The notes under the pieces were generated by a model. That model was not told the DNA's origin. It saw only the letters and a list, made by a program, of their open reading frames with translations, and ran no database searches. A stretch of 64,000 nucleotides of DNA, taken from Felis catus. Lineage: Eukaryota. The first letter of the stretch is position 1. Each line of letters opens with the position of its first letter. Shown here one piece after another: positions 51,796-64,000 of the stretch. The position numbers were made by a program, and so were the translations under genes. The stretch spans positions 153,080,001 to 153,144,000 of the forward strand of contig NC_058368.1 in assembly GCF_018350175.1 (NCBI RefSeq), read 5' to 3'.

Positions 51796-52989
51796 ATAAT
51801 CATAAATGTACCATAAAATCTTTTAGGTATGGATCTTTAAGCTAAATATAGCATTAAAAAGAAGAGGAATCTGTTATATCATCAAAAGTAAAAATTAAAG
51901 GATTTACCTCATTGATCTCATTGTAGGTATCCCTTTGAAAGTTATTATCATTGGGACTGTAATTTTTTTCTTGACTTCTGTGATTCCCTAAAATATGCAT
52001 TCAGCTTTGACTGCTGGCATGATCTTTTATATTTTACTTGCAATGTACTGTAACCACCTCCATTTGAATACGTTCCACTTAATTCAAATTCGAAATTTCT
52101 AGAAGAAAAAGAAAATGTCTTCTCAACCAAGGAGCATTTGATACTGTTTGAATCTTTTGGCTAAAATTCCTTTGCATTGACCTGAAGAGTGTCCAGTCAG
52201 GATGGCACTGTAAATTCATTTATTGTCCTCTGCCCTACTCCATAGAAGCCCTCACCTGGGACGTACAGACAGGATATAACAAGAGAAAATATTTTTTAAA
52301 GGGACATGTCTTTGGGTCAGAAATAGAACAGGAACACAAAGTAGTAAACTGGGCTGAAGCCATGGACCCAAGGTCTTCTGGGTCCACAAGCCAGTGGATG
52401 TGGGAGTATCTCCACTGATGGGGGAGTGAATTAGGAGCTAAAATATTTCACCCAAGGCAGGTAGACTGGAGCAGTAGCACTTGCATGAAACACCTGCCAC
52501 AGTAACTTGGGCTTTGGGTTACAGGAATTTGGGAGGCCAAGGAAAAGGCAGACAAAGCATTTGATCTAGTACCTGGCCCAGTTTTCCAGAGTTTACAGAA
52601 TGTATTGCTATCATATCCGCATGTCACTGTAGGGGCTGGAGGCCCAAGACACAAAACTAGTTCTCCTTGGATAGGAGAGCTGAGTGGAGGCAACCATAAA
52701 ATCATTAGAAAAACACAGACAAAGAGAGTAAGCAAAGGAACAAATGTTTTCTACTCAAGATTAGCTGAAGTATAAATGTTTCAGACATTGGAAAAAAAAC
52801 AACAGATAGCCTTTAAAATCAGCAATCAAAAAGATGAATTTAAGCCAGAAAATAAGTTTACATATAGAATAAGCTATAAATAAGTTTGATAAGTAAGTTA
52901 GGATCCCTGAAAATATAGAGCAGGAATCATCAAACTGTGGCCCTACTGGCCACTCACCTTTCCCCATTTCATCTATTCTCTAGTAGCTT

Positions 52990-53842
52990 CATGGAGATCT
53001 AATTTACCTGCAAAAGTTCACCTGTTTAAATTTACATTTCAGTGGTCTTTAGTGTATTTATATAGTTGTGTAACTATCACCATAATCTAATTTTAGAACA
53101 TTTTCATCACCTCAAAAAGAAACCCCATATCCATTAGCAGGCATTCCTCTTTCTACACTTCCCTGAGCCCTACCTTCTATCTCTAGAAATGTGTCTGTTC
53201 TGGACAGTTCCTGTAACTGGGTCATAGAAGATGTGGTCTTTTGTGTCTAGCATCCTTCATTAGCAGCATGGTTTCAAAGTTCATATATGTTATAGCATGT
53301 AGCACCACTTAGTTTTTTGGTTGTTTTGTTTTGGTTTGGTTTTTTGACAAATAAAATGCCAGTGTATAGATACACTACATTTTCATTTTCCATTCATCGG
53401 TTGATGGACATTTGGGTTGGTTTCACCTTTGGGCTATTAAGAACGCTGCTGTGGACATTCATATACAAGTTTTTATATTAACATAGGTTTTCATTCCTCA
53501 TGAGTATATACCTAGAAGTAGAACTGCTTGGTCATATGGCAGCTCTGTTTCACATTTTGAAGAACTGCCAAAGTATTTGCCAAAGTGGAGGTGCCTGGGT
53601 AGCTCAGTCTGTTAAGCATCCAACTCTTGATTTTGGCTCAGGTCATGATCCCATGGTTCATGGGATCGAGCCCCTCAGGCTCTGCACTGACCCTGTAGAG
53701 CCTGCTTGAGCTTCTCTCTCTCTGCCCCCCCCCACTCGCACATGTGCGTATGCATGCGTGCATGTGCCCTCTCTCTTTCTCTCTCTCTTAAAAAATAAAT
53801 AAACATTTAAATAAATAAACAATTTTCCAAAATGGCTACAGT
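52990..53842 (-). mobile_element. Old L1 (L1MA/MB-like) 3' end
   Basis: TAACTATCACCATAATCTAATTTTAGAACATTTTCATCACCTCAAAAAGAAACCCC...GGACATTTGGGTTG. Confidence 0.85.
53587..53820 (+). mobile_element. Can-SINE nested in old L1
   Basis: Degenerate TSD ATTTKCCAAARTGG. Confidence 0.9.
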
Positions 53843-54039
53843 GACCTGTTTTTTAAGTAAATTTTGTTTGGAACTGAGCCACACCCATTTGTTTGCATGG
53901 ATCCTATGCTGCTCTCACAATGCAGAGTTGAGTATATGTTGCTGCAACGGAGACCGTGTGGCCTACAAACCCTAACATATTTAATATCTGACCATTTACA
54001 GAAAAAGTTGAACAGCTGACCCCTGATATAAAGAAATAT

Positions 54040-54430
54040 ATATCCACTAAAAACATTTAAACATGAAAAACAAAAATAGATATAAACAATATAAAAACAG
54101 GCAAGTATGAAAATGAAATAATTTCAGAAATCTTGGCAATGAAAAATATACTCTTTGAAATATTGAAATATCTTGACATTTGAGTTAAACCTAGATGAGT
54201 AACAGAGAAGAGGAATGAATTAGCATCTGATGGTAGGATTGAGGAATTCACCGAGGTCATGTGCGAAAAAGAGAAAATATGAAAACCAAGCTAAGGGGTA
54301 TGAGAACACATCACAAAAGACAAGAATATAGGGAATGGAGAAAAAGAAGATTTGAAGAGGTAATGCTTGAGACTTTTTCAGAATTGAAAAAAATGAACAC
54401 AATTACACATAAGGTAAACACATTGTAAAA
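54040..54430 (+). mobile_element. Possible ancient L1 ORF1 / HAL1 relic
   Basis: A-rich text resembling ORF1 (GAATTAGCATCTGATGG...GAGGAATTCACC; GAGACTTTTTCAGAATTGA). Confidence 0.4.
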
Positions 54431-56409
54431 AGCGGGGCGGGGGGAGGTGAGAGAATGCTGAGAAGTCTAGTATATTAGCAAAATATAAAGTACATTTTGA
54501 AAGTTCCCATGTCTGTATTTTTGAAAAACTGGAGAATGAGCGAGCACCTTTTCTTCGCTTCTCATATTCGGTACTGTTATGAGCAGCACCAGCCCCACAC
54601 AGGAGTTCGGATGCTACCTTGCAAACACATGCCGCTAAGCTCGCTGCAAACCTGAGCTCTAAAAGCAGCACACAAACTCTTCTCTGCTTCTCTCTGAGAA
54701 ACCTGCACTTTTTACACCCCATGTACACTAATGCCTGAGGAGGAAGGCAGTTCTAATTAGTCTGAAGCATATCCAGCTTGGTTCTGCAATTCCAAGCATC
54801 TACGAAAGCAGCCTTTTTTCCCGAAGCACCTCTGATCTGATGGTGTATAGTTTAGGTACATTTTGCCTTGCGTTTTTTAACTGGATGAGCATTTATAGAT
54901 ATATTAGATAGCAGCATGAGAAATGTATTTTCAAGTAGTGAATCAAGAGTTGAAATCACTTTTAACAATGAGTAAGATGCATTATGAGAAGGAAAGGTCA
55001 ATTTGTAGTTTCCTTACAGCCAGGCTGGGTTTTGTGTTCAAGTAAATGGGGTGGCTGTGATTATTTACTTACTGTAGAGTTTTAGGTTTGGTAAACAGAT
55101 GTGATAAGTTAACTCCAGCATCAGACCTCTTTGACTACCTAACGAGTTGGCAGCAGTCGTTTTTTTAGGCCTGGAGTCTTCTATATTCTATAGAACTGTT
55201 CTCCAAACTAATCACTCTTATGCAGATTAGATGTATCGGACAACTGGAGCAGGTTTAGGTCAATCTACTGCATTTGGTTATGATTACTAAGGATCAGTCC
55301 CTTTACACTTTGTGTTCTGAGTGCGTTTTTTGCACCTGATGGCCCTTTATTTCAGAGTGCAGATAAACTCAAGGAAATCTAAAGGAAAGAGGAACAGAGA
55401 AGGGGTTGCCAGTGAATACAATACACTCTGTGCTGTAGTCTCCCAAAGACGGCTACAGTCCATCCCTTCCCTTTCTGAGTGTGGTCTGGGGCAGTGCTTA
55501 CAGCTTGGCATTCTGTGGCCCTTTTGCTGCCAGACCGCTGTGAACCAAATTTTCGACGGTCAGTGGCTCCTAATGAGAATCACTGGCCTCCTCCTCCTCC
55601 CTTTAGTGGGGTGAGTGTGCAGTGAGAATGAGTCAGGAAAAAGGTATGTTCCCTGAACTAAATTTCAATGTCTGAAACAGCGTTTTAAACAAAGCCTATA
55701 ATTTTAGGGTTTGGTTTTGATCTCTGGCAGTGATAAGCTTGTCTCTCCTTTTAGGCTCATTAGAATTTACTGGTTCTTTCTGAATCATCATCCAATTCCA
55801 ATGTGAAGAATGATTCATGGATCAGGGAAGGAAAATTAATTTGAATAAAAAGAGGAAGTAGGTGGTTACAAATCCCTTTCTTATAAAAATCCCACGTATG
55901 TTTCAGTATGTTACATAAAGGTGGCTTGATCCAGCTACCTGTGGATAGCATAAATCTGAGGTGGGTGGCATCTCTGGAACTATAATGACTACTTCTCTAC
56001 TTGGGAGCATATTTGAGGATGAATGCTTCCATTTTTTTTTTTTTTCTGAAACTCCATTTCCTCATACTTAGGGTGAACAACAGTAGTAAAATAAATAAAG
56101 ATTCCATTGCAATTATGAAAATCATTGAAAAGTTGTTATAATGAATATAATATATAACAATATATAACATATCAATATATAATAGTTAATATATACTATT
56201 CATTACATTAATATATAAATTATTATTAATATATAATTGGTTGTTATTACTATATGATATAATTAATGTATCATCCCATACACCCTAAAGTTGAGTGATT
56301 TCTTTTTCTCTCTGGACATTTTGAAAATTCCAAAAGGAGTTTCAAGAAACCCAATGAAATCCAAAGGAAAAAGAAGAAAAGGAAAGAGCTCCTGGTAAAT
56401 GCAATACAC

Positions 56410-56905
56410 TGTGTATGGTATTCTCCAGAGATGGCCGCCCTCAGTTATTTCCCTCCCTTTGCATATGTGCTACTCTTCACATAAAGCAGTAGAGCCTTTC
56501 CCCTCCCTTTAAATCTGGACTGGCTTTGGACTTGCTTGGACTAGTATAATATGATGGCAGTGAGGCCGTCCCATAATGGGCCTAGCCTTTAAGAAGACTA
56601 GCACTTTCGGCTTCCTTCCTCTTGGAAGTCAGCCACCAGAAGTCCAATTACTCTGAGACCACCATGGCGTTAGGAACCCCAAGCTAGTCTTGCAGAGCAG
56701 CCATGTGAATAGACATGCTTGGCAAGTTGTTTCAGGCATCCCGGCTCTGATTCCAGACATGTGAGTGAAGATGCCTTCTTGTAGTTTCCAGCCTGAGAGC
56801 AGAAAAACTGCCCAGCCCAGATTGCAGGACTGTGAGAAATAATGAACTGTTTTAAGCCACTAGATTTTGTAGTGGTTTATCATGGAGGAATCAATAGCTG
56901 AAACA
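56410..56905 (+). mobile_element. Solo MaLR LTR (MLT1G/H-like)
   Basis: TG start; CCCCTCCCTTTAAATCTGGACTGG; end TGTTTTAAGCCACTAGATTTTG...ATAGCTGAAACA. Confidence 0.82.
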
Positions 56906-57562
56906 CTCGGGTTCTGGTATCTTTATTATCCTCACATCAGAATTCTAAGTATGTCACTGTCACTTCAAATTTTATTGCTTGCGGAAACATACATGGTTTA
57001 TAAATGTGAAAAATATATATATATTTTTTTTTCCTAAAGCAAAATTAAGACTTCCACTAAAGCAAAGTAAAAATAGTCTTACCTAGTGACAGTATGTGCT
57101 TAAATAAGATCCAGAATGACCAATATAACAGGTTTCACACATCCTTGGCAGTAAGCTGCTTGTCTGCAGTCTACTCCCAGGTCCAGTGCTGAAAAGAAAA
57201 TAAAAAAACAGTTCCTGGGGACCTAAGGGAAACCCCAGAGCTTCTCACTACACAGTAAACAGCTCTTCCATTTGAGCTAGAAAAAGCTTTGTGAGCACAG
57301 TTCATTCTTCCCACATTTGCCAGTAGTGGTAGGGAAAATCCAAAAGATTAAAGAAACATTGTGGATGCTCCTTCTCTGTGTAGTTTATATCTATGACCTC
57401 AGTCTTCAAGGATTCAAATTAGAAATCTTTGAATCTGAAAGATGATGTGTAGTCACTGAATGTTTTCTGCAGGCTTTGATAATGCTTTTAAAAAACTAGA
57501 ACAATAACATCAGGAGTTAGTTTCCTAAGGCTTAGGATATCCGCATAAAAAGTAAGAAATAA

Positions 57563-57740
57563 AGGGCTGCCTGGGTAGCTCAGTCGGTTAAGCATCTGAC
57601 ACTTGATTTCAGCTCAGGTCGTGATCTCATGGTCATGAATTCATGGTCATGAGATCGAGCCCCACATGGGTCTCCCCACTGGGTGTGGAGCCTGCTTAAA
57701 ATCCCCTCTGCCTCTTTCTCACCACACAGGCTCTCTCTCT

Positions 57741-57787
<47 letters not shown>

Positions 57788-57810
57788 AGATTTAAAAGTT
57801 AAAAATAAAA
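57563..57810 (+). mobile_element. Can-SINE with (GATA)n tail (57742-57787)
   Basis: Typical head; about 11 GATA units. Confidence 0.92.
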
Positions 57811-58169
57811 TGATAGAGTTGAGACCTGAAATTTCTGTTTGAACTCTTGATTTGCACATGTAACCAAAGGAGAAAATGGACTGATGATTTGTAGCAGAGC
57901 TGGGTCTTTCTAGAACTCAAGTTTTCTTAATATCTTTATCTCAGTGAACTGCCCTTTACCTAGTCTCCTTGAATACTAGGAGGATAAGGGCAGTTCTCTA
58001 CTGAGGCTATTTCAGCATCAAACTGTTCAATTTGCATATGTTTTCTAGGTGGAAGAGAGCAGTGAGCAGAGATAAGATAAGGTTGGAAGGAACAGTAAGA
58101 GCTGACCTACATATAAGTAGCAGGTATGAATTATGCCCTGGTGATCATAATCATCCTCAGCACCAGTGC

Positions 58170-58360
58170 CAAGTAAAGCTCACCATGCTAGACACTGAGC
58201 TAAGCATTTTGTATATATTATCTCAATTTTTACAAGAATCCTATGAAGCAGGTATTCTTATTCCTGCAATCAGACAAGGAAATGAGAAGCTTAGAAAACT
58301 GTCCAAGTTACAAAGCTGTTAAATTGTGCAGTTGCGATTAGAACTCTCAAGGTCTCCAGA
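58170..58360 (-). mobile_element. MIR
   Basis: CCATGCTAGACACTGAGCTAAGCATTT...AATCCTATGAAGCAGGTATT. Confidence 0.75.
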
Positions 58361-58424
58361 GATGCTGTTACTGCTAATGCTAGCATTTCACCCCTTCCCA
58401 TTTTGGTATCAAAAGTTTCATTGT

Positions 58425-58541
58425 AGGGCACCTGGCTGGCTCAGTCAGTGGAGAATGCAACTCTCGATCTCAGGGTTGTAAATTCAAGCCTCACATTGGA
58501 TGTAGAGATTACCTAAAAATAAAATCTTTAGGAAAAAAAAA
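58425..58541 (+). mobile_element. Short old Can-SINE (1 of 3)
   Basis: GGGCACCTGGCTGGCTCAG...GTAGAGATTACCTAAAAATAAAATC. Confidence 0.88.
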
Positions 58542-58552
58542 AGTTTCATTGA

Positions 58553-58648
58553 GAGGCACCTGTCTGGCTCAATGAGTAGAGCATACGACTCTTGATCTTG
58601 GGATCTGTGCTCAAGCCACACGTTGGGTGCAGAGATTACTTTAAAAAA
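58553..58648 (+). mobile_element. Short old Can-SINE (2 of 3)
   Basis: GAGGCACCTGTCTGGCTCAA...GCAGAGATTACTTTAAAAAA. Confidence 0.85.
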
Positions 58649-58659
58649 TGTTTCATTGA

Positions 58660-58872
58660 GGGGTACCTGGGTGGCTCAGTCAGTTAAGCGTCTAACTTCG
58701 GCTCAGGTCATGATCTCACGGTTCGTGGGTTCAAGCCCCGTGTTGGGCCCTGTGCTGACAGCTCAGAGCCCGGAGCCTGCTTCAGATTGTGTCTCTGTCT
58801 CTCTCTTCCCTTCCCTCACTGGTGCTCTGTCTCTGTCTCTCTCTCTTTCTCAAAAATAAATATTTAAAAAAT
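58660..58872 (+). mobile_element. Can-SINE (3 of 3)
   Basis: Full Fc-type element. Confidence 0.93.
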
Positions 58873-59032
58873 GTTGTTACTGTTTCATTGAGAAAAACAT
58901 GTAAACATTAAATTAAACCTAGAAAACACAAGCCCATAAAATTATTAGACTCCATTCCCCGGAACGACTTTGAAGTGATCTAGTCTGGCAGATTGTTCCT
59001 TCAATTTCTAATTTCCAAGAAACACTGCTCCC

Positions 59033-59238
59033 TTTTTTTTTAATTTTGAGAGAGAGAGAAAGATCATGAGAGCAGAGGAGAGGGGCAGAGGAAGAGAGAG
59101 AGAGAGAATCTTAAATAGGCGCTATACTTAGCTCATCGTGGAGCCTGATACAGGGCTTCATCCCGTGATTCTGGGATCATGACCTGAGCCAAAATCAAAA
59201 GTCAGATGCTCACCCGACTGAGCCACCCAGGTGCCCCC
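59033..59238 (-). mobile_element. Can-SINE
   Basis: Antisense tail, GA tract and head. Confidence 0.9.
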
Positions 59239-59431
59239 ATATAAAGTCTTTAGTGTACTCTCTGAAACATATTAAGCATTCAATATATGTTGGTATTTTT
59301 ATTACCATAACAACTCTTTCAATATGTAATTGATATGGAATACAGTTGGATATGTAACTCCTTTGTCCTACATGTTTTTTTAAATGTCTTTCAAATATGC
59401 CTCCTTTTTTTTTCTTCATGGTTATGCCTGG

Positions 59432-59776
59432 TGTATTAGCTCAGGCTGCCATAACAAAATATCATAGACTATGTGGCTTAACCAAGAGAAATTTATTCTT
59501 CATGGTTCTAGAGGCTGAAAAGTCCCACAGTCTGGGTGCTGGCCAATTCTGCTCCTAATGAAAGCCCTCTGCCTGGCTTACCATGGCCATCTTTTTGCTG
59601 TGTCTTCACATGAAGAAAGAGAGTTAGTTCATCTCCCAAGCACACTAACCCCATCACAAAAGTTCTACCCTCATGACTTAATTACCCCCTCAAAGTCCTC
59701 ATCTCCAAATACCATTACATTGAGGGTTAGGGCTTCAACATACAACTTTTGGAGGGACATAATTTAGTCCATAGTA
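59432..59776 (-). mobile_element. Solo MaLR LTR (MLT1A/B-like)
   Basis: TGTATTAG...GGCTGCCATAACAAAATATCATAGACT...CATTGAGGGTTAGGGCTTCAACAT; 5-bp TSD CCTGG on both sides. Confidence 0.88.
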
Positions 59777-59953
59777 CCTGGGTTATATCCCTCATCATCT
59801 TTTACTTAGACAATTGCAACTGTTTTGAGACTGATATTCTTAATTCTTATCTGTCCCCGTTCTGCACTGAACAATCTAAAAAGTGAAAATTGATCACATC
59901 ATTTAAATCATCCAATAGCAATTTTTAGACTATAGGATAAAAGGAAAATTCCA

Positions 59954-60178
59954 GAGGCGCCCAGGTGGCTCATTGGGTTAAACTTTTGACTCGGTTTCGC
60001 TCACATCATGGTCTCACAGTTTGTGAGTTCGAGCCCCACGTTGGGCTCTGCACTGACAACATGGAGCCTTCCTGGGATTCTCTCTCCCTCTCTCTCTCTC
60101 TCTGTCCCTCCCCCTCCCCCAATCATGCTCTCTCTCCCTCTCTCAAAATAAATAAACTTCCAAAATATTTTTTAAAAA
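59954..60178 (+). mobile_element. Can-SINE
   Basis: TSD GGAAAATTCCA. Confidence 0.93.
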
Positions 60179-60305
60179 AGGGAAAATTCCACCACTTCTC
60201 CGCACAAACTCTTGATTTACTCCAGCCATACTTCACTAGTGCTGTTGCCTAAAAGTGATGTGATTCCTGGTAAATCCGGACTTAAACAACACGACTGAAT
60301 TCACT

Positions 60306-60383
60306 GTCACTTGCTGAGTTCATCAGTTTTGGTGACCAAGGAAGGTCACTTGCTGAGTTCATCAGTTTTGGTGATCAAGGAAG
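60306..60383. repeat. 39-bp tandem duplication
   Basis: GTCACTTGCTGAGTTCATCAGTTTTGGTGAYCAAGGAAG twice, 1 mismatch. Confidence 0.95.
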
Positions 60384-61463
60384 AGAGGGAATTGCATCGA
60401 AACTAATTTCCCTCTGGATGCACATCATGAACAGACTGGGTGTCGCTGGAAGATATGGTCAGTGTGGTATTCATATGGTCCGTGTCTAAGAGCATCACAG
60501 TGGCATTGTTGCTTAGATGCATTGCATACTCTTTGACCTTTAGTGTGGTTGGCATCTCTTACTGACAAACCCATAGCATTGCCGTGCCTCAGTTTGACCC
60601 AGAGAATCAGTGAAACTTCCCAATTGTTTATAATTTTTATACATAGGCTAAATGAGTTTCCCATATATTTCCTTGGCAGTTTTTCTCCAAATAAATAAAA
60701 AGTTTAAATTTTAATTTTCCTGGCATACTTCACTCTTTTTAAAGGACTTCCCCCTCTCCTCAAATCCTTCTTTATTTATCCTGGAAAAATTACCAATGAC
60801 GCATTTCTTTCTTCTCCTTTGAAAGCTACATAAAACAGTTATTCATGTTTATTGCTTTGATCTAACAGCACATTCTTTTTTTTTTTTTTTTTAATGGATG
60901 ACTGAAGTCTTCCATTTAACTGTTGGCTGATGAAAATACAATTTCTTTTTTTTTTTTAATGTGTCTCTCTCAAATTTGTATTCAGACAGTTGCCAAAAAC
61001 ATATATAAAACTCTACTAGAGAATATAAAAATCAGTTTTCAAGGCTGTTTTATCTTGGATTATTTATGGCTTCGAGAACATTATATTCCCCATTGACCTG
61101 CTCTATGAGCCACCTCAGTCAGTGTTAACGTGGTGATCCTGTAATACACCTGAGTCTCTCTAGTCAGCCAAATCCCAAATTCTTAACTGTAAATTCCATT
61201 CTTGATTTGCAGCTTTTTCTATGTATTGTTTACTGCCATTCTCATTATTTAGAAAAAGTTCCAATTTATTATTCCATATCTACATAGGTCTTTAAAATAC
61301 ATATGGTTACAAGATCCCACATTAATCAACTGGTATGATATTAAAGAGGAGATCCAGAAATAAAGGAAAATAGGGCTGATAAAATTAGGGAAATAGGAAG
61401 TAGGGATGGGTAATCCGGGGAATTCAATTGCATTGTAAACTTCTTTTAAAATGTATAGTTGGT

Positions 61464-61689
61464 GGAGTGCCTGGCTGGCTCAGTTGGTTAAGCATCTGAC
61501 TCTTGATTTTGGCTCGGGTCATGATCTCACAGTTTGTGGGATCGAGCCCCATGTTAGGCTGTGCGCTGACAGTGCTGAGCCTGCTTGGGATTCTCTGGCT
61601 TCTTCTGTCTTTGCTCCTCCCCCATTCACATTCCACACCCTCTCTCTCTTTCTCTCTCTCTCTCAAAATAAATAAACTTAAAAAAAAAA
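61464..61689 (+). mobile_element. Can-SINE
   Basis: TSD AAAAKGTATARTTGG. Confidence 0.93.
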
Positions 61690-62812
61690 GGTATAATTGG
61701 CACAATGTCTGTGATCATAATGCTGTACTTAATAGTTTGCATATTATAAAACCCAGGAAGTTGAAAATGGCATCTTTGTAAGTGGTTTCTTTTCAGAAAA
61801 GTACCCCATCACCATATCAAAAGAGAAGTTTGGGTTTCATTGGGCCAGGAAGCAATAACAAACTCAGTCTCATCCTTTCACACAAGTACTTTTTCAGTTA
61901 CCTTACCATAAAAGATCACTTTCCTTACAACCAGTTACAAGAGGCCACTCCTTCCAATTTACTAGGATGTCAAATATATTTTTGCTCTCTTGTGTAAGGT
62001 TACTATGTCCCTGGGTAACACTTTTTCCTGTTTAAATCTATGCTTTTTGCTTAGCCTTCCTTTTCCTTTTCATGGTGCTGTGGTTGCCATCCCTCATGAT
62101 AGCCTCCTTTCCTAGTCCACAATCTCCCTTTCCACCTCTGAACACAACTTCTCTCTCTCTCTCTCCCAGTTCTTTGCTCCTACTTGTTCTTCATTCTCAC
62201 TGTGACCTCCCTTCCCTCAACCTTGTGATGGGACAGTCCCAAGAATATTTTCACTGGCACTTTTGATTTCTTCACCAATTTGGCTCCCTCCTTGAGCAAT
62301 TTTGCCCATCACTGGTCCAGTCTATGCCACACACTTGTCTCCTTGTTATTAACCAATTAGTGCTACTCTGTAGTGGAAACGAGTTTATTGTGAGTAACCT
62401 TAACTGAGCCACCTCTGCATCTCAAAAATCATTTGGATTATCTTTCATTGATCTTTAAGTAATCTTTGAAACAGATTTCACTGCCCCTAAGTTTTGTGCT
62501 TAATATCTTCTACTCTCACTCTCTGCAAGGTGTGAACACAGCATGATGCTGTCTCACTAACCTGTCCTTATTTTTATCTGATCATTTATCTTTGTTGCCT
62601 CCCCTCTTTGCCACTTTCCTCCCATTTTAGGCAACTCATTTTCACCAAAGCTAACCTTCTGGATTGTGTCCTTTATCTGTTCTTCCTTTTCTTAGAACTT
62701 GCTTCATTAAATTTTCCACAATCGCCTTACCTCTTAAGTATCTCCCTCTCCTCTGGGTCTCTCCTCTCCGTCTAAAAACATGCATCACTTTTCACTGACT
62801 TAAAAGAGCTTA

Positions 62813-62986
62813 GGGGTGTCTGGGTGGCCCAGTCTGTTATTAAGCATCTAACTCTTGGTTTGGGATCAGGTAATGATGTCACAGTTTGTGAGTTCAAGCC
62901 CCACATCAGGCTGTGTGCTGGCAGCATGGAACCTGCTTGGGATTCTCTCTACCCCTCCCCTCAGTTCTGTCTCTTAAATAAACAAA

Positions 62987-63021
<35 letters not shown>
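62813..63021 (+). mobile_element. Can-SINE with (AAAT)n tail
   Basis: Typical head; about 9 AAAT units. Confidence 0.9.
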
Positions 63022-63697
63022 AGTTACCCACAATGCCTTATCACGTTACTTCCCTGACTCTCTCCTTCACCAACCAGTTTCTTGAAGAATACTACTTCCT
63101 GTACTCCTCACCTTCTGTTAACTGCCAAGCCTTGAGACTACATTGCTTATTCTCTTTCATTCATCACCTATATAACTTTGGACACCAGATCTACTGACCT
63201 GTCTCCTCTTGTCCTTATCCTACACTCTTCCACATAGATCAGTACTGATAACCACAACTTAACTGAATATAGTTCATCTCCCTTGGTTTTTATGATTCTC
63301 TCTTCTTTTTTTCCTGCGAAATCCCAGGCCATGCGTCATTCTTCTTGAGATTCACAACTATGGAGTATAAATGGTTTCTAGGGATTGCTTTTGCCTTTTT
63401 CATTATCATAGTGGTAATTTTCAAATCTGTCAGCTTGAGCCCAACTTCTCTTCCCAACTTCTTCCCAAATAATATCTTGTCCTCAGGAAGTACAAAAATT
63501 GTCATCGGCTTTGTTTTTCTGCCTTCCCCAACTGCTCTGATCTCTATGTTATTCTTTCTTCTTCCTTTTCTTCTTCCTTTTAATCCTTTTCTTATTTTCC
63601 TAACTGAAGCCTGTGCAATTTCTTTTAACTCCACAGTCATAGACTTTTAGGTCAATAGTTGTCAAATATGACCAATTATCAAAATTAGACTTTCAGA

Positions 63698-63921
63698 GGG
63701 GTGCCTGGGTGGCTCAGTCAGTTAAGCGACCAACTTCGGCTCAGGTCATGATCTCACAGCTTCTGAGTTTGAGCCCTGCGTTGGGCTCTGTGCTGACAGC
63801 TCATAGCCTGGACTCTGCTTTGGATTCTGTGACTCCCTCTCTGTCTGCCCTTACTCCCACACATGCTCGCTCTCTCTCTCTCTCTCAAAAATAAACATTT
63901 AAAAAAATAATTTAAAAAAAA
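63698..63921 (+). mobile_element. Can-SINE
   Basis: TSD AAAATTAGACTTTCAGAG. Confidence 0.94.
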
Positions 63922-63935
63922 ATTAGACTTTCAGA

Positions 63936-64000
63936 GGGACACCTGGCGGGCTTAGTCGGTAGAGCCTGCTACTGTTGAGCCCAGGGTTATGAGTTCAAGC
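63936..64000 (+). mobile_element. Can-SINE 5' part (runs off the window)
   Basis: GGGACACCTGGCGGGCTTAGTCGGTAGAGC...GAGTTCAAGC. Confidence 0.8.

Larger units (their letters stand above)
52921..54025 (+). mobile_element. MER58A (hAT-Charlie) split by an L1 insertion; pieces 52921-52958 and about 53843-54025
   Basis: CAGGAATCATCAAACTGTGGCCC ... TTTACAGAAAAAGTTG...GACCCCTG; 8-bp TSD ATATAGAG/ATATAAAG. Confidence 0.85.

Noticed and set aside
56140..56270. Extremely AT-rich patch (also 5925-5985)
   Set aside because: Degenerate TA low-complexity sequence with no defined structure.
63290..63650. Overlapping 116-aa Lys-rich and 101-aa hydrophobic ORFs
   Set aside because: Low-complexity pyrimidine-rich DNA, non-ATG starts, no recognisable domain or exon context.
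4410..63894. Family of similar small ORFs (AQVMIS...SLSLSQK)
   Set aside because: They are chance translations of the Can-SINE body.
4433..64000. Recurring GGGGCGCCTGGGTGGCTCAG motif as tRNA genes or a repeat-spacer array
   Set aside because: These are dispersed tRNA-derived Can-SINE heads with CT tracts, A tails and TSDs; spacing is irregular and there is no cloverleaf 3' end.

Overview
This is mammalian genomic DNA, almost certainly felid, judged by SINEC_Fc-type Can-SINEs and felid-type LINE-1. The window lies inside ADGRV1 (GPR98/VLGR1), which runs on the + strand. The only host coding sequence I can support is one 158-nt internal exon (48171-48328), encoding the end of ECL2, TM5 and ICL3 of the 7TM domain. 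Everything else is intron packed with retroelements: a near full-length antisense L1 (23643-29620), a full-length sense L1 (30291-36180) head-to-head with it, several L1 fragments, about 45 Can-SINEs, MIR/L2 relics, solo LTRs (LTR40-like, MLT1) and DNA-transposon relics (MER5, MER58A, Tigger2-like). I found no prokaryote-type system (CRISPR, operon) and no new gene. The notable patterns are repeated re-insertion into the same target-site duplication at seven loci, an L1 3' transduction, inverted young SINEs around the exon and a strong CTCF motif in an L1 5'UTR. Repeat family names come from recall of consensus sequences, and repeat boundaries are approximate (about 10-30 nt).
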